Positions 8,652 to 15,467 of a DNA stretch of 27,704 bases are shown in pieces. The stretch is from a virus. Taxonomy: Duplodnaviria > Caudoviricetes. The stretch spans positions 1 to 27,704 of the IMG/VR virus record IMGVR_UViG_3300044723_004817; one strand, 5' to 3'. The notes under the pieces are model-generated. The model did no database searches. It saw nothing but the letters and a program-made list of their open reading frames with translations, and was not told the origin of the DNA. The translations under genes were made by a program, and so were the position numbers. Numbering within the stretch: the stretch's first letter is position 1; every line of letters begins with the position of its first letter.

Positions 8652-9423
8652 TGGGTTTGTTATACAAACTATGCATTGTTGGGTTACTGTAAGTATCTAA
8701 CCAAGCCTCAAGCTCGTTATTATATCTAATGCAACGAGCTTTGGATTCATTTACATATACTTCAACACCCTTTTTAAAAAGGTTATCAACATTATGTTCA
8801 AGTGATGCTGTTGGCACTAAAAGACGGTTTAAATTGTGTCTTTTACACATTACAATTAATGGTTTCCACATATATTTAAATAATTGATGGACCATACCAT
8901 CATAACCAATACCAAATCTACATTGTCTGATACAATCCAATACCTCACATATTGGAGTACGGTAAGTAACCTCCTTCACAGTGTAGCCATTATGCTGTAG
9001 ATAACTAATCACACTATCCCATCTATCATGAGCCGGATCTTTTTTTTCGCCAGGAAAATATGTGTTGTACTTGGATCGCCACAATACAACCATGTTAGTG
9101 TTGGTTGTATCTAAATTGGTATACCACAGTCCGTGGAGAGGATTAAATTCATCTAGGTTGTTAACAAATCGGTATGGAAAGTTACTGTTAACTTTATACG
9201 ATACTTCAACGTTGTCTAATTTGCGCATCGTGCTGTACACGTATTGCATCCGGTCTATAATAGTTTCCGGATCTTCAATAGATTCTTTATAATCTTCAGA
9301 ATGATTCCAATGAAAGGTAATATGAGTAGGTGTTTTGTATTTAAGTGAAGACGTATGAGCATAGCCTAAACCCGTGACAAAGTCTCCATAACCAAAACCA
9401 CAACGCCAATGTATGTCAAGCAT
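8644..9423 (-). CDS. Putative GT-B fold glycosyltransferase-like protein (GT9-like)
   Basis: N-terminal GFGYGDFV and C-terminal IRQCRFGIGYDGMVHQL...KPLIV, resembling the GT9 GIGD and F-I-G-x-D-S-G-x-x-H-L-A motifs. Confidence 0.55.
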   Translation of the reverse strand: MLDIHWRCGFGYGDFVTGLGYAHTSSLKYKTPTHITFHWNHSEDYKESIEDPETIIDRMQYVYSTMRKLDNVEVSYKVNSNFPYRFVNNLDEFNPLHGLWYTNLDTTNTNMVVLWRSKYNTYFPGEKKDPAHDRWDSVISYLQHNGYTVKEVTYRTPICEVLDCIRQCRFGIGYDGMVHQLFKYMWKPLIVMCKRHNLNRLLVPTASLEHNVDNLFKKGVEVYVNESKARCIRYNNELEAWLDTYSNPTMHSLYNKPNG

Positions 9424-10106
9424 TAATCTTTAGGGCCAATTGCATCCAAATCAAAAGGTATTTCATCTGCACATTCTTCTATTAACGTCTTCCAAACTGT
9501 CTTATTAGGCACAATAAAACCAAGAGTTATTCTTGGATTTTTAGTATAAGCAGTGTGCCAAAACAAATCATCATGATCCTTTTCAAGCGAAGAATAATAT
9601 CCAAATCTGAAGTTCCAACCAGGATTATCATTTAAAGTAGTAAATGTGTCTGTACGTTTATCATAGTATCTAAAATAGCCCTCACCGTCTATACTGTACG
9701 TTAAAAGAAAATTAAAACCATGCGCATTTCCATTATGATGCCACCCAATATAACCATTATTAGGATAAAAATTACATAATGCGTTCATATGTGAACCAAT
9801 GTAACTCATTAAAGGTCTAATTAACGGCGATGCCAATTCATGCCAATAGCTACCGCCTTTCCTAACAGCATAGACGGTATCTAATCCATACCCAGCTTTG
9901 GGAACATTGTAGTCTGTCACCGGATACTCTAACGCTCTATAGAGATAATCATCGCTATAAGGCAAGCAATCAGTAATATTTTTATCTGTATCTCTAATTG
10001 CTCTTTTAGATAATTTATCGACTACCTCTGGATCTTCAAATACAGTTTTAGTTATATTGGATAGATGCTTTAGAAGTGTAGTGTTTGTCATCAAAAGCTG
10101 GTTCAT
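9423..10106 (-). CDS. Divergent 2OG-Fe(II) oxygenase-like (double-stranded beta-helix) protein; start probably ATG 10106 (track gives 10112)
   Basis: FYPNNGYIGWHHN (H-x-N), LFWHTA (distal His) and PRITLGF (Arg) in the usual order. AAGGA Shine-Dalgarno upstream of 10106. Confidence 0.6.
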   Translation of the reverse strand: MNQLLMTNTTLLKHLSNITKTVFEDPEVVDKLSKRAIRDTDKNITDCLPYSDDYLYRALEYPVTDYNVPKAGYGLDTVYAVRKGGSYWHELASPLIRPLMSYIGSHMNALCNFYPNNGYIGWHHNGNAHGFNFLLTYSIDGEGYFRYYDKRTDTFTTLNDNPGWNFRFGYYSSLEKDHDDLFWHTAYTKNPRITLGFIVPNKTVWKTLIEECADEIPFDLDAIGPKD

Positions 10107-10848
10107 TTGCACAATTCCTTTCTATTTGTTCCCATACTTTAAAATTCTTGTAAATAGCCCTTGGCACTTGTAATACTACAGGTGGTTTATCAGTACCGTG
10201 GTTACTACCATCGACCATAGTACAGTTAAATCTTCTATCTCCCAGCTTAACAGCTCCAGTAAACTTTTCAAAACCTGGAATAACTCCCGAATATAGTTTC
10301 CAATGAGTGAACATATCCCACTCTCTCCATATATCAGAGTATTGCTTATATGGCCATGGTGAGCTCCATTGCTTGACATATTCACTCCACCATGTCTCCA
10401 TAAACTCTAAATTGTAGTCAGTTTTTTTGTACCATGCTACAGCACCGTTAAAAAGAGGATAATGACCATTATCCTCATCTATGTAATACAAGTCAGGAGT
10501 GCTTATAGTGTGATGCATATTCTCTGCCATCCATATATGATCATCAAGGTCATTAAACACGTCTTTTATATCTGGATGTATAATTAGGGAATCAACGTCG
10601 TTATAAAAAGTTTGGTCATATGGAGTACGAGCCATGCACCACATTTTGGCTCTGCGATGAATTGGTATACCCGTCACGACGTTATCAAAAACCTGCTCCG
10701 CCCGGTCATCAACATAACATTCGTGGGTAAACAAAGTAACATTAGCTTCTGGATAAACGTCTTTAAGAGATTTAGCTGATTCAATGCCCATCTCATAATA
10801 CATTTTCTTTTTTGAAGCGACGTAAATAAAGCCACTATTCATTGACAA
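10048..10848 (-). CDS. Putative GT-A fold nucleotide-sugar transferase (GT8-like)
   Basis: GFIYVAS...SAKSLKDVYPEANVTLFT, AKMW...TPYDQTFYNDVDS (DxD), FNGAVAWY and WDMF motifs. Confidence 0.75.
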   Translation of the reverse strand: MSMNSGFIYVASKKKMYYEMGIESAKSLKDVYPEANVTLFTHECYVDDRAEQVFDNVVTGIPIHRRAKMWCMARTPYDQTFYNDVDSLIIHPDIKDVFNDLDDHIWMAENMHHTISTPDLYYIDEDNGHYPLFNGAVAWYKKTDYNLEFMETWWSEYVKQWSSPWPYKQYSDIWREWDMFTHWKLYSGVIPGFEKFTGAVKLGDRRFNCTMVDGSNHGTDKPPVVLQVPRAIYKNFKVWEQIERNCANEPAFDDKHYTSKASIQYN

Positions 10849-11331
10849 TTACGTCTCCTGGTGTTCTGTTTCTTCCACGTAGTCTAGATAATCACAATAA
10901 TCCAGGTTTTTAGAAGACAAGTAAGTTCTAAAATAATCCGAAGCTATCATATGTAGAGTCATTTCATCAGGACATCGTCTGACAGATGACTTAACTTCTG
11001 AAGGTGCTTCTTTTATAAATTGAAGTTCAAACATAGCACTTTTAATATCAAACAATCGAGTTAATCGCCTTATTTCTTGTTCTTTTAATTTATCTTCCTC
11101 AACTCTTTCTTTACGAGCATTGTGCTCTTTAAGGGCACTTTGATAAGCCGCCTTAATATCAGTTAATGGATAATTTTGGCAGATCCAATCAAAGTATTCG
11201 TTTACACCCGATGCCTCCCCTTCTGGTACCGTAAAATCAATTTCTACAGTAGTACCATCCTTTTTTACTCCTCTGCATCTCATAGTTTCGGGATTCAGAA
11301 ACACAGGGTTTATCAATTTCTCATATCGCAT
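10849..11331 (-). CDS. Hypothetical protein with a central charged coiled-coil; possibly an assembly or chaperone partner of the upstream protein
   Basis: 160-aa ORF tightly packed in the operon, with an AAGGA Shine-Dalgarno. No motif recognised. Confidence 0.7.
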   Translation of the reverse strand: MRYEKLINPVFLNPETMRCRGVKKDGTTVEIDFTVPEGEASGVNEYFDWICQNYPLTDIKAAYQSALKEHNARKERVEEDKLKEQEIRRLTRLFDIKSAMFELQFIKEAPSEVKSSVRRCPDEMTLHMIASDYFRTYLSSKNLDYCDYLDYVEETEHQET

Positions 11332-11340
11332 AATAATTCC

Positions 11341-12882
11341 TTAACCAATTCGTCTCCATAGTGTTATTGTAGATATAGTAGATGTGCCAGAATCCACGGT
11401 AGGCACAGAACCTGTATATGAAGCGCTGCCTATATAATTTGCAACGCCAGTATAGTTAGCAACATTAGTAAAACCCTGTGGGCCATAAAAGGTGCCTGGA
11501 CCAGCAAAGCCAGCGGCCCCATAGTAAGCTGCTGAGCCATAATAGGTACCTGGGCCGTAATAGGTGGCAGGTGCGGTTCCATAATAAGTAACGAAACCTG
11601 TATATGCAGCCATACCGTAGTAAGCAGTCGTGCCAGTAAACACTACTTCCTGCACGCCTGCATAACCCGCCGTGCCAACAAATGTGGCGGGGCCAACGTA
11701 ACCAAACGGGCCATAAAAATATACGGTACCAAGATATTGACTTGAATAATAACCTCTCGCCCATCCACCAAAATAGCCCGCATAAAAATATCCACCGTAA
11801 AAATATTGTGAATTCGCGAAACCGACTGTTCCGGCGTAGCTGGCTACACCATAATAATTTGCGGGACCATAAAAAGTGGCCGGGGTAGGGCCTATATAGG
11901 ATATCGGACCATAGTAGGTAGCAGGACCATAGTAAGGAACAGGACCCGTAGAAGACGTAGGTGTAAATCCATAGTAAGCAGTTGGGGCGTAACTAACAGT
12001 TCCGCCGATATAGGTGGCTGGCCCATAATAAGTATTCGTGCCATAAAAAGCAGCTGTGCCAGTATAAGTTATTGGACCTACATAATCGAATGGGCCGACA
12101 TACGTAGCTGGGCCAGTAAATCCAGTTGGTACGCCAACTACATCTCTACGAGTGTCGACTACAGAACCAACGTTGGTCCAAGTACCGGTTACAGGAACTG
12201 AAGCTTGGAATTGATATGTACCTATTTCAGTTGTTACTATTCGTTCCCTCACAATCTCTGAAATTGTGTCTATTTCTGTGTTAGACATTAACTGCAAGGT
12301 CCCTTGAGATTGTTGCTTCAACGGCCGTTGAGTCATCGTAGTGTCGTTAGCTATTTTTTCATATAAGCTATATGTTGTCCCATTAGTGGGATCAATTTGA
12401 TCATTAAAAGTATGAATTATAGCCCAAGTACCTCCATACGTTCCAGCTGGAGAAGAAGTATCAATTCTATATGCGCCAGGTGCGTCGTTATCAACCATAT
12501 GGGCAACGATATCATCCGCTAAAGCGTGCATTTCCGTGTTAGAGATTTTTCTAAGACTTGTTGATGAATTATCCCAGGTAAATGGTCTATCTGAAAACGT
12601 TCCATAATTAGAAGTTAAATCTTGATACAACGTGGTAGTATAGGTTGTAATTGAAGTATCTGTTGATCCTACAGCCTCTGTCCTCGTATCATCTATAGTA
12701 CCAATTGAGGTATAGTTAGCGTTAGCGCCTGCCGTGTTAGCAAACAAGTTTCCGGGTCCATCAGACACAGCAAACTTTTCAAGAATTTTATCAGCTAGTG
12801 CTGTAAATTCTGTATTGGAAATCATTTGAAGCATGCCACCAGATGGGATAGCTTTAAATGTTAATATATTTGGTCTAGCCAT
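11341..12882 (-). CDS. Putative virion appendage/tip protein: three-repeat base domain plus a Tyr/Gly-rich hexapeptide-repeat insertion
   Basis: Three RP...L..[IM]SNTE repeats and about 240 aa of [YF]-x-G-x-x-x units. Located directly after the fibre genes. Confidence 0.7.
   Translation of the reverse strand: MARPNILTFKAIPSGGMLQMISNTEFTALADKILEKFAVSDGPGNLFANTAGANANYTSIGTIDDTRTEAVGSTDTSITTYTTTLYQDLTSNYGTFSDRPFTWDNSSTSLRKISNTEMHALADDIVAHMVDNDAPGAYRIDTSSPAGTYGGTWAIIHTFNDQIDPTNGTTYSLYEKIANDTTMTQRPLKQQSQGTLQLMSNTEIDTISEIVRERIVTTEIGTYQFQASVPVTGTWTNVGSVVDTRRDVVGVPTGFTGPATYVGPFDYVGPITYTGTAAFYGTNTYYGPATYIGGTVSYAPTAYYGFTPTSSTGPVPYYGPATYYGPISYIGPTPATFYGPANYYGVASYAGTVGFANSQYFYGGYFYAGYFGGWARGYYSSQYLGTVYFYGPFGYVGPATFVGTAGYAGVQEVVFTGTTAYYGMAAYTGFVTYYGTAPATYYGPGTYYGSAAYYGAAGFAGPGTFYGPQGFTNVANYTGVANYIGSASYTGSVPTVDSGTSTISTITLWRRIG
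11401..12120 (-). repeat. Coding repeat of about 35 degenerate [YF]-x-G-x-x-x units (about 18-nt period)
   Basis: FTGPAT YVGPFD YVGPIT YTGTAA FYGTNT YYGPAT ... YYGPGT YYGSAA YYGAAG FAGPGT FYGPQG ... YIGSAS YTGSVP. Confidence 0.95.
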
Positions 12883-12884
12883 TA

Positions 12885-13211
12885 TTAACTACCCCATACA
12901 ACATTATTTGCTTCATCGCGAATAGTTAGCGTTCGGTTTGAACTGTCTTGCAACGTAGTAACGATAGCGGTAGTTACAGTAATCGTATTAGCAGTAATAT
13001 TGTTACCAGAGAGAGTAGTGCCGCCCCCGGTTACTGATAATGTTCCAGATATAGTAACTGAGTTGCTAAAAGTTTGAGTCCCTGCAAAAACATTGTTACC
13101 GGAGGTACTCGCTGCATCTCTCAAAGTTTTATTAGTAACAACTCGCCACGTATTGAAAGAGTCTGATAACTCTACATTAGCAACAGGAGAGCCAGAAAAT
13201 ACTATTGTCAT
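12885..13211 (-). CDS. Short fibre-like virion protein, a miniature paralogue of 13215..15242
   Basis: N-terminal ANVELSDSFNTWRVVTN and C-terminal DSSNRTLTIRDEANNVVWGS, both matching the neighbouring gene. Confidence 0.75.
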   Translation of the reverse strand: MTIVFSGSPVANVELSDSFNTWRVVTNKTLRDAASTSGNNVFAGTQTFSNSVTISGTLSVTGGGTTLSGNNITANTITVTTAIVTTLQDSSNRTLTIRDEANNVVWGS

Positions 13212-13214
13212 ACC

Positions 13215-15242
13215 TTAGCCTCCCCACACAATGTTGTTAGCTTCATCACGTATAGTAAGTTGTCTATTAGAGCTATCTAATAACGTTCTTGTTTTTATAG
13301 AATCTACGAACATTGCGTTAGCTGATTCATCATAGTTAAATCCTGAATCTATAATTATCCTACCATTCATGGCTGCATGCGCACTACAATTATAATGCAG
13401 CACCGCAGGTGCATGATTTGGAACCTGGAAAGTAACCAAACCTACTTCCGCTCCATTATTTGTTACACCGTCGTTGTAAGCATTTCCTGTGCCAGTAGAA
13501 TTTATAGTTTTAATATAAAATGGATGGCCGGACGCATTTACGTTAAATTTATAAACCTTTCCTCTTGATAGCAATAAGGTGGGATTATTGTTTGTTGATG
13601 TACCACCACCGTTAAACTGATAAGCACTAACTCCATCGTTTACCACATTAAACACTGTAGCGGTACTGTTTGCGGACAGTGTCTCTGTACCCGGATTAAA
13701 TGTAAATTGGGCATCTACATTAGCGGATGTCATTGTACCACTGCTAATTCCAGTAAACGGAACAAATAACTCTCGGTTAGCTCCTCCATCTGTGGCCACT
13801 GAGGATCCAGCATTTGTTAAATTACTACCATCCCCAGAGAAAGCTGTTGCTGAAAGAGTACCGGTCGATGGATTAAACGTGAAATTTGAATTCACATTGG
13901 CACTCGTCATTGTGCCAGAAGATACACCGGTAAATGGTACAAACAAGTCGTGGTTAGCTGAGTCTGTGGCTACTGTTGAACCAGCATTGGTTAACTGACT
14001 ACCATCACCGATAAACGTGTTTGCTTGCACAGTTCCCAGTTCAAATGAAGTATGAGCAGTATTAATATTACCTTGTACTTCTGGATCATATGACTGGAAA
14101 AACTTGAACCGCTCATCAGTAACATCAAAGAATACACCCACGTGAGTGTACCCACCAGCTGCTTGTCCAGTGTTTCTGTTTGACGCCCACCCTGTATCAA
14201 CGTTAAGAGGAGCGGCTCCTCCGGTCCAAATATCTCCAGCTGTATGACCAGTGTTGGCCACAAACAGAGCACTAATACCCCATCTCAACGATTGCTGAGA
14301 AGCGGTAATAGCAACGTTAGCTGCTTCTGTAGTTGAGAAATTGTCTAACGACCAAGAGAAGGTATCTGGATTACCGGGATTGGTATTGTCGATCTTTACA
14401 TAAAAAGTTACAGTATTACCACCGTTGTAATGACCTTTAAAAGTAAAGTCATTGAGACCTGTTACGGCAGTTGAATTTGCTGTGAGTGTATCACCACCGT
14501 TTAGATAAACAAACGAATCATCAATAGATAAGTTGGTTAACGTCGTGACGGTTTCTCCACCTAGAACATTAAGGTTTCCATCTACATCTAAATTACCACC
14601 TATATGGGCGTTGTTAATGACACGGAAGGATGGTACCGAGTGGTTTTGCTGTTCTATTACAACTATACCGTTAGCAGAATCTGACACAACACAAAGTCCA
14701 ACACACATCGGGTAGTTTGGATATGTCGGTGGTGTAGTAACCAGCTGACCGTTTGCAGATGCACTTACAAAGAATCTTTCGCCTTGAGTGAGACTAGATG
14801 TATCTAATCCTCTCAAAGTACCAGATACTGCAGCCCAACCATAAGAACTGTTCCCAATCGAACTTGCAGCTAGTCCTGAAATGTTGTACTTGCTAGCGTT
14901 TGAAGCGTTAGCTAATTGTGCATTTGGAACACCACCTGTTGAACCACTTAGAAACAACGGTTGACCAAGATTGATTTGAACACCACTGTTATTGTATACT
15001 CGGATATACTCATTCTGGCCAAGCTCCATTTCAAGGCCACCCTCACTGAATACAGTCAGAGATTTATGAGTATTATCGAAGTACGTTCGACCTTCTTGAG
15101 CAGCAAGACTGGCATGTGTTGCCCCCTCGAAGTCTAGAAACTTAGGGGTGCTGTTAGAGGACCTTTCAATAATTTGATTGGTACGATTCAGCCACGTAGA
15201 AAACGTGTCTGTACTTACTACATTTGCTAAATTAAGTGCCAT
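13215..15242 (-). CDS. Multi-domain fibre/virion structural protein
   Basis: N-terminal DTFSTWLNRTN motif, a cement/decoration-like domain (RVYNNSG...INLGQPLFL...GQLVTTPP), beta-shaft segments (IGGNLDVDGNLNVLG), two GDGS repeats, a cupredoxin-like module, and C-terminal IRDEANNIVWGG. Confidence 0.8.
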   Translation of the reverse strand: MALNLANVVSTDTFSTWLNRTNQIIERSSNSTPKFLDFEGATHASLAAQEGRTYFDNTHKSLTVFSEGGLEMELGQNEYIRVYNNSGVQINLGQPLFLSGSTGGVPNAQLANASNASKYNISGLAASSIGNSSYGWAAVSGTLRGLDTSSLTQGERFFVSASANGQLVTTPPTYPNYPMCVGLCVVSDSANGIVVIEQQNHSVPSFRVINNAHIGGNLDVDGNLNVLGGETVTTLTNLSIDDSFVYLNGGDTLTANSTAVTGLNDFTFKGHYNGGNTVTFYVKIDNTNPGNPDTFSWSLDNFSTTEAANVAITASQQSLRWGISALFVANTGHTAGDIWTGGAAPLNVDTGWASNRNTGQAAGGYTHVGVFFDVTDERFKFFQSYDPEVQGNINTAHTSFELGTVQANTFIGDGSQLTNAGSTVATDSANHDLFVPFTGVSSGTMTSANVNSNFTFNPSTGTLSATAFSGDGSNLTNAGSSVATDGGANRELFVPFTGISSGTMTSANVDAQFTFNPGTETLSANSTATVFNVVNDGVSAYQFNGGGTSTNNNPTLLLSRGKVYKFNVNASGHPFYIKTINSTGTGNAYNDGVTNNGAEVGLVTFQVPNHAPAVLHYNCSAHAAMNGRIIIDSGFNYDESANAMFVDSIKTRTLLDSSNRQLTIRDEANNIVWGG
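13665..14015 (-). repeat. Tandem duplication of a 58-59 aa fibre module
   Basis: FIGDGSQLTNAGSTVATD-SANHDLFVPFTGVSSGTMTSANVNSNFTFNPSTGTLSA versus FSGDGSNLTNAGSSVATDGGANRELFVPFTGISSGTMTSANVDAQFTFNPGTETLSA; units start at 14015 and 13841. Confidence 0.93.
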
Positions 15243-15257
15243 TATACGCCTCTAAAA

Positions 15258-15467
15258 TTACTTCGACACCAACTGTTGTAAAAGCTGCTTAATGTCTTGG
15301 ATATCGTCTTGAAGGTCTGAAACTTTTTGCTCTACAAGGTCGATCCTTTGAGCCTTCTTTTGTTTTATTAAATAAGCCTCGTATCCCTGCCTATCGGTAT
15401 TAACAATAGCCTTACTATGACGATCACGAATTAAATCTTTATGATCTTTTACCTTGATACTATTCAT
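15258..15467 (-). CDS. Small coiled-coil hypothetical protein
   Basis: IKVKDHKDLIRD..SKAIVN followed by the heptad pattern VSDLQDDIQDIKQLLQQL. Coupled to the upstream stop through a TAATG overlap. Confidence 0.8.
   Translation of the reverse strand: MNSIKVKDHKDLIRDRHSKAIVNTDRQGYEAYLIKQKKAQRIDLVEQKVSDLQDDIQDIKQLLQQLVSK

Noticed and set aside
6364-10848. Reading the oxygenase and glycosyltransferase genes as a DNA hypermodification (TET/JBP plus glucosyltransferase) locus
   Set aside because: Disfavoured rather than excluded. The oxygenase motifs look P4H/PKHD-like, no methyltransferase or nucleotide-metabolism genes are adjacent, and the cassette sits in the late structural block.
11465-11888. 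Alternative-frame ORFs 11465..11764 (-) and 11682..11888 (+) with periodic Trp/Leu/Arg/His
   Set aside because: The periodicity is a by-product of the YxG codon repeat. No independent ribosome-binding site or frameshift signal was seen.
11401-12120. Possible CRISPR array or diversity-generating retroelement repeat
   Set aside because: There are no identical DNA direct repeats with spacers, no template/variable repeat pair and no reverse transcriptase in the window. The repeat is conserved at the protein level.
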